From: Diplonema japonicum
Lineage: Eukaryota > Protista > Euglenozoa: Diplonemea
Reading direction: 5' to 3'
DNA length: 64,000 nucleotides
Assembly: GCA_964019335.1 (NCBI GenBank)
Contig: OZ025704.1
Coordinates: forward strand, 248,001 to 312,000
Shown here: positions 36,101 through 47,083 of the stretch, in pieces
Position numbering within the stretch: the stretch's first letter is position 1
Layout of the letters: each line of letters opens with the position of its first letter
The notes under the pieces: generated by a model
Database searches by the model: none
The model's input: the letters and a program-made list of their open reading frames with translations, nothing else
Told to the model about the DNA's origin: nothing
Program-made: the position numbers and the translations under genes

Positions 36101-37431
36101 TCGATGAAGAATCACGGTTGGCTGTCCTGCCTGTACTTCATATCAGCTTTTCTTCTTGGGAACTGCATTCTTCTGAACTTGTTTGTCGCCATTTTGGTTG
36201 ACAACAGTGACAGGTGCGACCAGGTGTACTCAAAACATAAGCTGCAGATGGAATCACGGGAGGCATACGTTCTACACAGGATAGCAGACAGGGTGGGCCA
36301 GAGTGATGTGTCTGGCGATGATGTGGCGCGTGAGCTAAAGAAGCGAGACTCTATTTTATTTGATGAATTTGTGAAGGAAGCGGAGCGGGGTGAGAGGCGA
36401 AAGTCAAGGAGAAGGTCCTCTGCACACCAAGTACATGCTTTACAGCTGAAGAGGTTGCAGGAACAGCGCAACGTATCCCCAGCCCTCTTAACTGAGAGCT
36501 TGACTGCGAGTCTTGCACCTACGTCTTCAGGGTGCTCGACAATGTCGATCATGCACCCTGACGAGATAGACAGCGACTCAGGTGACGTAGACATCCTGTC
36601 TGAAGACGACATCGAGAACGTGAAGCTTCTGGTGGGCGAGACACCTGAACTGCACACTGAATGTCTGAAGGTTCTGAAGAAGGGACGTGGTATTAAGTTC
36701 ACATACACACCGCCATCGACGAACCATGCTAGCCCGGTGAGATCGAGGACAGTGACAGCACTTCATTGTGAGCTAGACCAGATCAACGCAACAAAGGCTC
36801 ACACCGCAGATGCGTTGGCAAAGGTCGAGAATGATGTGGTGTGTGCAAAGATGGCATCTTTGATGGGATACGGACAGCTGGCGCAAAACCATATCCTGGG
36901 GCATGGAGGGGCTGCAAGGTATAGGAAAAACCAGGGGAAAAAATAAGAAAGAAATAAAAATAAAAAAAAAAACAGGAAAATCAGATTGAGCAACAAGTAT
37001 TCAGAGTACGAACCTGTACTGAAGGTGGCGGAGTTCGGTCGAGAGCGCGTGACGAACATCAACGATATAATGCGGTCGGTGAAGTCCTTTTGCGAGGACG
37101 ATGGGGACAACGTTGCGGAGCTGCAGGGGAAGTCCCTTTGTGTCTTCACCCCCGAGAACTGCTTCAGACGCTTTTTGTCGAAGGTAAGGCTTTAAAAAGA
37201 AAAAAGAAAAAAACCCCGCGACAGATAGTTCAGAACAACTACTTCAGTTCGTTCGTCACGTTCCTAATCTTCATCAATGCGGTGCTGATATCTGTCCAGA
37301 CACCGGACATCGAGGACAACCATCCGGAGCTCGACAGCCAGCTGAGCAAGGTGGACATCACGTTTGCGATCCTGTTCCTGGTATGCAGGGAGAACAAGAA
37401 AAAATACATCTTTTTGGAAAAAGAATTTTAG

Positions 37432-37474
<43 letters not shown>

Positions 37475-39905
37475 CGGAATGCATCATGAAAATAATCGTG
37501 TTCGGGTTTGTGGGCACGGACACAGCATACTGCAGTGACAAGTGGAACATAGTAGATTTGTATGGAAAGGAAAAAAAAAAAAAAAGGATATAAAAAAAAA
37601 CAGAATTGTGGCCATCGCCTCGTTACTAGGGATCTTCATCTCGTGGATGAAGATGTTCCGCAGCTTGCGAACCATCAGGCTCATCGTGCGTCTAGTCGAA
37701 GTCAGGCTCATGGTGGAATGGCTGTTTTTAACGATATCAAAAGTCCTGAACACGGTCGCGCTGCTGGCCACGTACGTTGTCATATGGAGCATCCTCGGCG
37801 TCCAGCTGTTCAAAGGCCAGTTCGCAAAGTGCAGCAACGAACTTGTACGAACCGAAGCAAACTGCACGGGCACATTTTTGACAAATGAAACAACGGCGTT
37901 CGGGATTGTTACGGAGGAGAAGGAGATGTCCTGGCAGACGTTCACATACCATTTCGACAACACGTACCAAGCTATGCTTTCACTGTTTATTATAGCGGTT
38001 GGCGATGGATGGGCGGAGCTCATGTACCAAGGCGTGGACAGCAGCGCGATCGGGAGCGGGCCGGTTTACAACAACAGGGTATACGCCTCGCTGTACTTCT
38101 TGGTCTTCGTCGTTTTCGGGCAGTTTTTTCTGATGAATCTGTTCGTGGGTGTTTTGATCCAAGCTTTTGTAAAAACAAAAGAAGTTGAGACAGGTGCGTG
38201 CAATCTATCAGACGCACAAATACATTGGGTTCAAGCACAGCGTTTACTGTTACAAACTCCGTTAGAACCATTGATCCCACTGCCGAACGAGAACGAACGG
38301 ACGAGGCAGGTTTGTCTAGACATGGCGACGTCAGACCGCATGGAAATCGCTACAACAGTGGCCATTCTCGTGAACGCGATTTTTATGAGCCTGACGTATC
38401 ATGGGGAACCCGACCTGCTGAAGAATTTTCTGTACGCTGATAATGTTTTCTTCGTGATCATCTTCGCTTTGGAGGCCATCGTCAAAATGATCGGACTCAC
38501 GGTGCCGTACTATATGCGAGACAAGTGGAATCGTTTCGATTTGCTTATCGTGTTGATCTCCATTTCTGGTCTGGGCGCGAACAGTACCAATGGGATGTCG
38601 GTTCTACGACTCTTCCGGATCGGGCGGTTGCTCCGGTTGATCAGCAAGGCAACCGGTTTAAAAACGCTCGTCAGAACGATGATGCACTCGCTTCCTGCGT
38701 TGTGGAACGTCACCATGCTTTTATTCGTTGTGTTCTTCATGTTCGGCGTTGCAGGGGTTGTGTTGTTTGGCCGGGTGAACAGAGACCCTTACGCGGGAGC
38801 GATATTAACGGAGCACAATAATTTTCAGAATGTTTACTACGCGTTGGTCACGTTGTACACCATATCCTCTACCGAAGGATGGGTAGACACAATGCGTGGG
38901 ACAACCGTTACCGCGCCGCATTGCGATCCCAACAAAACACCTTCAAACTGCGGTGTTCAAGTATGGGCTGCATCGTTGTACTTCACTCTGTTCATGATTA
39001 TCGGATCCTCCTTGATCTTGAACCTCTTCGTCACGGTGATTGTAGAGAAGTATGTCGATGCGGAGGAGGCGAACACGCACACTGACAAGCTGTCCATCCT
39101 GGACAATTTCAGACAGAAGTGGCGGCAGTTCGACCCGAAGGCAACCGGGATGATCCCCGCCACGGACGCCATCAGAATATTGGAATCCCTCGGCACACAC
39201 TTGTGGGACATCCGCCGTGACAATCTCATCAGAGGAAAAACAACAAAATTTATCGAAACAGTACGCGCGTTGGAAAAAATGTGTATCCCAGTTGGATGTC
39301 AGCACACCCCAAGCGGGGTCAAACGAATGGTCCGGTTTAAAGACGTTATTTCATGTCTTGCCGCGAAGGTATACGGGTTGGACCAAGGTGATGAGTATGA
39401 GAGCTTGCAACTCAATGCGATTGAGGATCCGGAGATATTTGAAAGATGCGGGTTTGGGTTCGACCCCGACGAGGAAGGACCGCGGGTACACAGGATGGGC
39501 GCAGTATTCGATATTGGGAAACTAGCGTTGTGGCAAGTTAAAGGACCTCATAAGTACAACGAGCTCCATCACATGGTTGCTATCGACCTGATCATCACGA
39601 AGCTTAGAGAGCATCGAAACTCTAAGCGAGAGCGGTTGATGAACAAGAGCCTTGCGCTTCGTACAACTCGTGAGGAGCTTAAGGCAAAGCTAGCCCAAAC
39701 CGAAAAGCAAACACTCGAGGTCCAGCATGCTCTGCTCACCATTAGATGCAACGTTGTGGAGGCCCTCCATCGTCAGACCATCAACCCCCTCTCCTCTTGC
39801 CAGCCTCTTTTGAACTCCCCTACCCTATCCACTCCTAATGAACCGTACTCCGATATGCTGATCAGCCCGCCATCGATGAGGCTGGATTCACCGCCCACCC
39901 GGTGA
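33164..39905 (+). CDS. Four-domain voltage-gated Ca2+ channel alpha subunit with inserted C2 domain; 5 exons
   Basis: join(33164..36918,36976..37183,37225..37380,37474..37559,37604..39905), with an alternative in-frame acceptor at 36984. Four Arg-rich S4 helices, pore loops SLDDW/TGEGW/VGDGW/STEGW, S6 NLF motifs and a C-terminal EF-like WRQFDPKATG. Confidence 0.9.
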
Positions 39906-40137
39906 GTTGCTCCTCCTGAACATGTTGGATTTTTTTTTTATTTTATTTATTATTTATTATAACTGTAAGTAGAGAGTTCTCCCCCCCCCCCTATTTTTTT
40001 ATTCCCTTTCCAGGGAAATGAAAATGTTTCCCCTCTCCCCCCCCCTTTTTTTTCCCTCTCTCAAAAAAAAAAAAAAAAAGTACATTCTTTGTTTTTTCGT
40101 TTTTTTTTCCTCAAAAAAAAAAATAATAATAAAGGAA

Positions 40138-41384
40138 ATGTTTGGCCTCTGGAGCGAGGGGGCTGCGGAAGCAGACACGGGAAGCGTGAGCGGGGTGAGT
40201 GACATCTTTGTGCTTGCCAAGCATGACCCAGAGGTGCTTGTGCTCCACATAGCGTTAGTGTTGTTGCTGTGTATTCTGCTGGCTGCGTTGCCCCCCTTTA
40301 AGGGCCTGGCGTTCAAGGTGAGGTGCTACTGTGTCGGAACAATGTATGCAACCCAAGCTCAAACCGCAAAATCACTTCACAATTTCACAGTCATTTCTGG
40401 GCCTGCCGTGAGAATGTAATCGGGAACACTGACGTGACCCACAAGCCCGCGACCCTCAAGGACCAAGCCGACGTCATCGAAAAGGAGTTCATCTTCATCC
40501 GCCACGGGGAGTCGGAGTGGAACGAGATCTTCAATAGGGGTAAGATGATTATCCCTATCAATCTGCTCCTTGGGCTTCTAAGAGAGCTATTCTGCCTGCC
40601 ATACAAGGTATCCAAAAAAAAAAAAAAAAAAAAAAAAGATAACAGCACCGCTCGATCTTCTTGGACTCGCCTTTGGGCGACACCGGCCGGTCACAGGCGG
40701 CACACCTCGCCTCGGAGCTTTGCAAGAACCCTGCTTTGAGCTTTTTAGCGGAGCAGGTATGATTTTATTCATTAAAAAAAAAATATTTTTTTTTTTTTTT
40801 TTTTAAAAGGGTATCGATCGGGACAACAAGCCAAAATCTGTCATCATGACCTCGAACCTAAGGAGGTGTGTGCAGACTTCTTTATTGGGACTGAAGCCAC
40901 GGTTGGAGGTATGAAGAAAAAAAAAAAAAATAATAGTAATAAATATATATACCAATAGAAATCTCGCGAACGAGTGTACGTATACTCCTGTCTTCAGGAA
41001 GCGGCTAGGAATGTTGATACGTTGTGTTTAACACCTGCAACGGAGAATCCTGTGGTGGACGATTGCCCTTTTGTGGATCTTCTTGATGGTACTTACAATT
41101 TCGGGTCGAAAAGGTGGTATGAGCGGGCTGTGAAGCGGATGAACATCTTCTTGAAATTCGGCTTCGCGCGAGAGGAGAACAGGATCATCGTCGTAGGACA
41201 CAGCTTGTACTTCAAGAAATTCTTCAACACTTTCCTCGAAGGCGGCCCCCATGAGTCTAAGAGGAAAAAGCTCTCAAACTGCGGCGTAGTCCAATTCAAA
41301 ATGCAGGCGGGGACGGCATCCCTCGTCCACACCTACCGTATTGTGCCTGAATCAATCGAGGTCTTACACGGTAAGTGGATTTAG
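40138..41384 (+). CDS. Histidine phosphatase (phosphoglycerate mutase-like) with N-terminal TM segment; 5 exons
   Basis: join(40138..40343,40391..40607,40646..40756,40810..40908,40959..41384); FIRHGESEWN, DSPL, TSNLRRCVQT, LQE, VVGHS, LSNCG. Confidence 0.85.
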
Positions 41385-41429
41385 GCCTGAAGGGAGGGAA
41401 AGAAAATAAGAGAAGAAAAAAAAAAGTGT

Positions 41430-41460
<31 letters not shown>

Positions 41461-41519
41461 CCAGTGTTTTTTTTTTTTTTTTCTTCTTTTACGTCCCCTC
41501 CTTACGTTTATGTATCTTT

Positions 41520-41564
<45 letters not shown>

Positions 41565-41625
41565 CCCTGTAATCAAGTAGACAGTGCTTGTTCAGGGTGC
41601 CACCAACACTGGCCTCCTTTATCTC
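41565..41625 (+). repeat. Dispersed hairpin repeat family A (other copies at about 19610-19636, 57733-57766, 61739-61796)
   Basis: cagggtgccaccaacactggcctcctttatctc core; the 41565 and 61739 copies match at 33 of their first 37 nt. Confidence 0.75.
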
Positions 41626-42304
41626 TTATATTTACTTTTATATCGTGAGACGGGGATGAAGTAGGGCGTCATGGGGAGGGGAGAGAAACTAAGGTTAAAA
41701 AAAGAGAAAGAGAAAAAAAGGACGAATAAAGGGGGGTACTATATATCTTCTTTTTAGAGGCTGTCCTCAAGTCGGATTGCCTTATATACTTTAGTTTTGG
41801 CAAGAACGAGTCTTTTGACTTGTCAAAAAAAAGGGGGGGGGTGGGGGGTAGCCAACAGTGATTAATCGGGTTAAAGAATTTCTCCAAAAAATAGAAGAGG
41901 TTAGTGATAGCATATCAGTATTTCCCCCAAGATATATACCGCATGCTAAAAACCGACTCTTTTTCTTCTTTTTTTTTTTCCCCTCTACCACGTACACAAA
42001 AGAGAAAAAAAAAGAAAGAAGAAAAAAAACAACACCGGCAGATTTCTTTTTTTTTTTTAAACCGTTTCCTTAGCCCCTTTCGCCCCATTCTACCCATCTC
42101 TCCCCTCCCCTTTATTCCCCCCCCCCATTTCCTAAAAGAAAAAAAAAAAAAAAAAAAAAAACTAAACTTGTAATACTAATTTTTGCACTCACCAAACCAT
42201 GTAGCGAAAACACATTGTTCGTCCCCTGATTTCTGATCGATCTGCTTTCTAAGCAGCCACAGCACCATTTCTTTTTTTTTTTTTTTTTCTTTCTTTTTTT
42301 TTTT

Positions 42305-42858
42305 TTTTATTTCACTCTTCGTCATTTTCTTCACTCACTAGGGGCCTCATTATTTAACGCGAAATGGCCATTATTTAACGCGAAACGGCCATTATTTAAC
42401 GCGAAATCGCCATTATTTAACTAGTTAAATAATGAGATTTTGCAGTTAAATAATGGCCCTTCAGAGTGAAAAAATGGGTCTTGTCGTGGAAAAAAATGCA
42501 CCCAACCCCTTGAAAAATTTTTTTGGGGTGGGGGTATTTTGACTATTTTTGGCCATCTGAGGCCATTCCAGCCCTTAAAAGTGGGAATAAGTGCCTTACT
42601 TCCCCTTTAAATGCCACGGCGAAATAGCTACCCTGTATTACCTTAGGAAAATCCCCAAAAAGCTGACCTGCGTGAAAAAAAACAGCAGTGAAAGCAGTGA
42701 AGAGTGAGTGACTCAAATGACGAAGAGTGAAATAAAACGACTTACTTGCCGCCAAATGAGCCATTATTTAACACTCGTTACCCGTTTTTTTGCACTCGGG
42801 CCCTGCGGGCCCTCGTGCAAAAAATTCGGGAACTCGAGTTAAATAATGACTCATTATT
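42305..42858. repeat. Foldback/MITE-like cluster of inverted, tandem and palindromic repeats
   Basis: Perfect 23-bp inverted repeat (42305-42327 vs 42715-42737); 3.5 copies of a 21-bp unit cattatttaacgcgaaa.(g/c)gc from 42348; 24-bp palindrome at 42411-42434; further cattatttaac/gttaaataatg copies near 42445, 42762 and 42838. Confidence 0.75.
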
Positions 42859-42984
42859 TGTTGGCAATAAATAGTTATTTTTTTTTGTCGTAGGGGAAAA
42901 AAAAAAAAAAAAAAAAAAAAAAACAGTTGTTCTTTCGGGGGCGGGGAAACAAGCAAAAAAAAAAAAAAGAAAAAAAAAAAAAAC

Positions 42985-44088
42985 ATGAAATATGGAGTAA
43001 CGGCACCGCCAGAGGAAGGGAACAAGGTCTTCAGCGGCATTTTCATGAACACCACAAAACCCGACGAGGCAGCTATTGTAAAACCGGTCAAAAGGCGCGA
43101 CAAGCTGAGGGTCAAGTGCAAGGAGGTGGAGACGGCGATAAAAAAAGAAAGAGCATCGACGGACCTGCTCCTTTCACGGCTAACGCTGCATCTTACCAAG
43201 CTAAGACGACAAGCAAGGCTACAAGCAGAACTACAGGACAGCGGAGTCGCGAACAAGATTCGAAAAGAATTCAACGACGGCAACCTCATAGCAGGGCTGC
43301 TCCGCGACGTCGTCCTCCCCTGCAGCTCCAAGGAGAGGTCGATGGCTGTGAATGCTATAGACGGGATTCTACACACTAAGCAGATCCCATCGGCGGAATC
43401 GAATAAAGTCCACCGGAGAAAGATAAGACTTGAGCGTGCAAAATCATTTGAGGAGCAGACCTCTACAGGAGTTTGCAACATCGAGTTTCGCCGTGCGATG
43501 GTCCCGAACCTTGCTGATAAACATCTCGAAGTTTCCGCAAAACTAGGCAAACGAGTCGCCACAAGGGGCGCAGCTAGAGGCATGGAAATCGGAGAGGCAA
43601 AAGACTCCAAACACGCCAAACCCAGCATCAAGACAGGTTACTCCGACACAGTAAGAATGGATGTCCTACTCAACCCTGACGCTTTATCACCATCGAAACC
43701 CGAACTCGCGTCTTCCGGAAAACGTATTGTCAGCAAAGGTGATAAAAAGCCGCACTACCACAAGTCCGAGGCGCTGCCGCGTTCTGTTTTCGATGACACA
43801 CATGAAGGCTTTGCCGTGAGGCATGCCATCGCCAGTATTGACGACAGGGCTGGGATGAAGCGGCTGCAAGCGGCGTCGATTTTCAACCCGAAGGTGAAGC
43901 CGCCCTATACAGAGGAGCCGTACCAGGCTGTTTCGATCGACCTGCCTGCGAACTGTCTTGACCCCAGACCGCTTGGGGTGGAACCGAAGCCCCCTGCAGG
44001 GGTGTCGACGAGTTGCAGGAACACCATCGACGCAAGACGCGCGCAAGCGTTGTCCGGTTCCAATAATGTCATACCGCTAGGCCTTTGA
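42985..44088 (+). CDS. Hypothetical basic protein with N-terminal coiled coil
   Basis: 367-aa ORF, ATG after an A-run, coding-like composition; no family recognised. Confidence 0.7.
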   Translation: MKYGVTAPPEEGNKVFSGIFMNTTKPDEAAIVKPVKRRDKLRVKCKEVETAIKKERASTDLLLSRLTLHLTKLRRQARLQAELQDSGVANKIRKEFNDGNLIAGLLRDVVLPCSSKERSMAVNAIDGILHTKQIPSAESNKVHRRKIRLERAKSFEEQTSTGVCNIEFRRAMVPNLADKHLEVSAKLGKRVATRGAARGMEIGEAKDSKHAKPSIKTGYSDTVRMDVLLNPDALSPSKPELASSGKRIVSKGDKKPHYHKSEALPRSVFDDTHEGFAVRHAIASIDDRAGMKRLQAASIFNPKVKPPYTEEPYQAVSIDLPANCLDPRPLGVEPKPPAGVSTSCRNTIDARRAQALSGSNNVIPLGL

Positions 44089-44232
44089 AATGGGAGAAAG
44101 AAAAAAGAAAAAAAAAATGAAGGGTTTTTTACAAGATCTTTTTTTTTTTTTTTTTCGTTGCATTTTATTTAGGAGTGACTAAGAGTTGTGTCTGAAGGAA
44201 ACTAAGTAAAGGAGGGGGAGGAAGGGTGAACC

Positions 44233-45732
44233 ATGGCGACGCGCTCTGTGGGGGATGTCACCTTGACCTCTTTCGCGGTTCTGTGTCTTCTGATCGTGTT
44301 GGGGCAGTATATGCGGATGAAGATTAAGCTCCTCCAACGACTGTTCCTCCCGACGGCCGTCATCGCCGGCACGCTCGGTATGGTGATCTACCAGATCCTT
44401 GTCAACTCGGGCGAGAAGGCAGAGACCTTCGCAAAGGACGTCACTGCAGGCTGGTCGTACCTCCCGAGCATTCTTATCAACATTGTGTTCGCCTCCCTGT
44501 TCCTCGGTGTGCACCTCCCTGGCCCGAAACAAATATGGAACGAGGCAGGCCAACAGCTATCTTACGGGATGTTAGTTGTATGGGGGCAGTGGTTTGTAGG
44601 ATGTCTGGCGACTGTAGCGATTCTAATGCCAGTGTGGAATGTGAACAAGCTTATGGCAACAACGCTCCCTATTGGTTTTGCTGGAGGGCACGGAACGGCA
44701 GGGGGAATGGGCGACCAATACGAAAAATACGACTGGGCTGTCGGGAAGGACTACGGCCTGTTCGCCGCGACAGTCGGCATCCTCTCCGCAGTTCTCTTCG
44801 GCATCGTCTCTATAAACTGGGCCGTCCGAACAGGGCGCATGGAAGACAGAAATAAAAACGGAACACGAATGTCACTAGCACCACCCATAGTACCTGTGTC
44901 CGAGCGCATGGTCGCAGGGAGGATAACAGTCCCTCTTGACTCGATTGACACATTAACGCTTCACCTGGCTTTTATTGGAATAGCTGTTCTCTTTGGAGTG
45001 ACGTTTAAGTACTTTCTGGTAGAGGTGGTTGAGAACAACGTGCAGGCGATAAAGGACATCAATTTGTTCAATGGTGTTTCAACGTTCCCGTTTTGCATGG
45101 TGGGCGGGTTGTTGATGCAGAAGCTGTTTCAAAGAATGTCCCCGGACAACTGTCCAATCGACAGAGATCTCACAGAGAGGCTGTCTGCCTTGGCGTTGGA
45201 ATTTCTGATCACGGCCGCGATGGCCGTTCTTGATCTGGAATCTCTCGCAGACGATATTGTCGCCTTTATAGTTCTCATGATCTGTGGGTTCGCATGGCAA
45301 GCGTTTTGTTTGCTTGTCTTGGCACCTCGTATCCTAACTGACCATTGGTTTGAAAGAGGTGTTACTGAACTTGGGTCTGCAATGGGTATCGTGGCCACAG
45401 GTCTTCTTATGATTCGAATGTGTGACCCCCAGTCGCAAACTCCTGTTTTGAAGGCCTTTGTGTATAAGAACGCTGTTCAGGCCCTGTTCATGGGAGGGGG
45501 GTTGTGGACTGCGCTGGGGTTTCTGCTTACTGAAAAAGCGGGGCCGCTTGTCGTCTTATTCATCACCGGGGGGGTCACGTTGATGTGGCTTTTGCTTTGC
45601 ATTTACTTGAAGGTCACCGACGGAAAAAGCGGGGAAAGCGGGGAGAACATGGGGAAGGCCGACCCTTCTGCTGCTGAAGAAAGCAGCCCTTTGCAGACGT
45701 ACACCAATCTCGATGATACTTCGGCTGTTTGA
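44233..45732 (+). CDS. Sodium/glutamate symporter (GltS/ESS family)
   Basis: About 12 hydrophobic segments; LQRLFLPTAVIAG, GFAGGHGTA re-entrant loop, WFERG...GIVATGLLMIRMCDP; intronless. Confidence 0.85.
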   Translation: MATRSVGDVTLTSFAVLCLLIVLGQYMRMKIKLLQRLFLPTAVIAGTLGMVIYQILVNSGEKAETFAKDVTAGWSYLPSILINIVFASLFLGVHLPGPKQIWNEAGQQLSYGMLVVWGQWFVGCLATVAILMPVWNVNKLMATTLPIGFAGGHGTAGGMGDQYEKYDWAVGKDYGLFAATVGILSAVLFGIVSINWAVRTGRMEDRNKNGTRMSLAPPIVPVSERMVAGRITVPLDSIDTLTLHLAFIGIAVLFGVTFKYFLVEVVENNVQAIKDINLFNGVSTFPFCMVGGLLMQKLFQRMSPDNCPIDRDLTERLSALALEFLITAAMAVLDLESLADDIVAFIVLMICGFAWQAFCLLVLAPRILTDHWFERGVTELGSAMGIVATGLLMIRMCDPQSQTPVLKAFVYKNAVQALFMGGGLWTALGFLLTEKAGPLVVLFITGGVTLMWLLLCIYLKVTDGKSGESGENMGKADPSAAEESSPLQTYTNLDDTSAV

Positions 45733-45806
45733 TTTTTTTGTTTTTTTTTTTTTTGTTTGTGTGTCAGAAAAAAAAGCTCGTTTTGCGGTCCTTTTTTTTC
45801 CCGTGC

Positions 45807-45838
<32 letters not shown>

Positions 45839-46265
45839 CCTTAGCGAATTCAGACTTTCAAACCAATAAAAGGTATTACAAAAAAAAAGAAATTGTTATT
45901 GCAGGGAAAAAAAAAAAAAAAAAAAAAAGAGTAGAGGCAGCACGTTTTATCCCTACTGTAGGCGAAAACGGCTTTGCACAAAACAATCAGCCAACTCTTT
46001 TTTTTTTCCTGTTATCCATCCATCTTCGTTGTTCTTTTTTTTTTTCTTTGCGGTGTGCCTTCTTACGCCTTGCTCTCCTTTTGTCTTCATTACATTTTGG
46101 GTGTTAAAAAAGAAGAAGGAGAATAAAGAACAAAAAAAAAAAAAAGGGTTCCCCCCCTTTTTTAAAAAGTGCCATGCCCTTGTCCGCATAGTTGTGACTC
46201 TTTGATTTAGTTTTTTCTTATTTTTCCACTATCAATTATCCCCACCTCATCTTCAAGGAAGAAAA

Positions 46266-46815
46266 ATGCCTGTGGATTGTAGCTGTGAGATATCGGAATT
46301 CGGGTGCAGCGTCACCGCAGGTGGACTCTTCGCTGCAGGGTGGTGGTGGTTTGCTGATGGGGTGCTGATAGCACAGAAGGAGGGGACAGATTTTGGATTC
46401 GAAATGGCAATACCTGGAATTCTTGTTACATTGGGACTTGTGTGGTATGGAAAGATTTAAAAAAAAAAAAAAAAACACTTTATTTCCCCTCTCATAGTGT
46501 GAATATGCTGCGCCCTGAGGACATAAGGGACGATGGGATGGGGGGGACCGATGAGGTGAACAAGGCAAAAACTTTCTTTTTTATCGCCTGGATGCTGATC
46601 TTTGGTGGGTTGATTGCTGCAATCTGGATTTGCGTATGGGAAAAAAAAAAAGAAAAAAAAAAAATCCTTAGATTGCAGATTTCGGTGGTTCCAGCACCAC
46701 CCGCACAACGACATACCCAGGGGTGGCTATAATAATGCAGACAATAGTTATTACACTCGCTTCAGTGATCTTCTGGATGGGGCGGGGTTCGCAGAATAGT
46801 GCAACGTTCGGATAA
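46266..46815 (+). CDS. Vps68/TMEM50 (UPF0220) membrane protein; 3 exons
   Basis: join(46266..46444,46498..46633,46672..46815); AGGLFAAGWWWFADG, IPGILVTLG, VN, YPGVA. The complete protein appears only after splicing. Confidence 0.85.
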
Positions 46816-47083
46816 CACTGCACCCCCCAGCCCATGGTGTTTCGTTTTTTCTTCTTTCCCCCCCCCCCCCCCCTTCGCTTCTCACGCACTTCTTGCCTTT
46901 TCTGCCCTCCTTTTCTTAAAGAAAGTGATGTGTTCTATACATTCCCCCCCCCCTCTCTTTTTTTTTCATAAAAAACACATATTTTCTTTCTTTTGTTTTT
47001 GTTTCTCCAACCTATCTTTCTCCAGACTCCGGAATTCTCCCCATAGGTGGGGTGAGGGGGGAGGTGGTAGGTGGAAGGCGAAT

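Noticed and set aside
42336-42340. CACTA transposon terminus
   Set aside because: No matching TAGTG end or 3-bp TSD found.
42348-42434. CRISPR-like array
   Set aside because: The 21-bp units are directly adjacent with no unique spacers; eukaryotic context and no cas genes.
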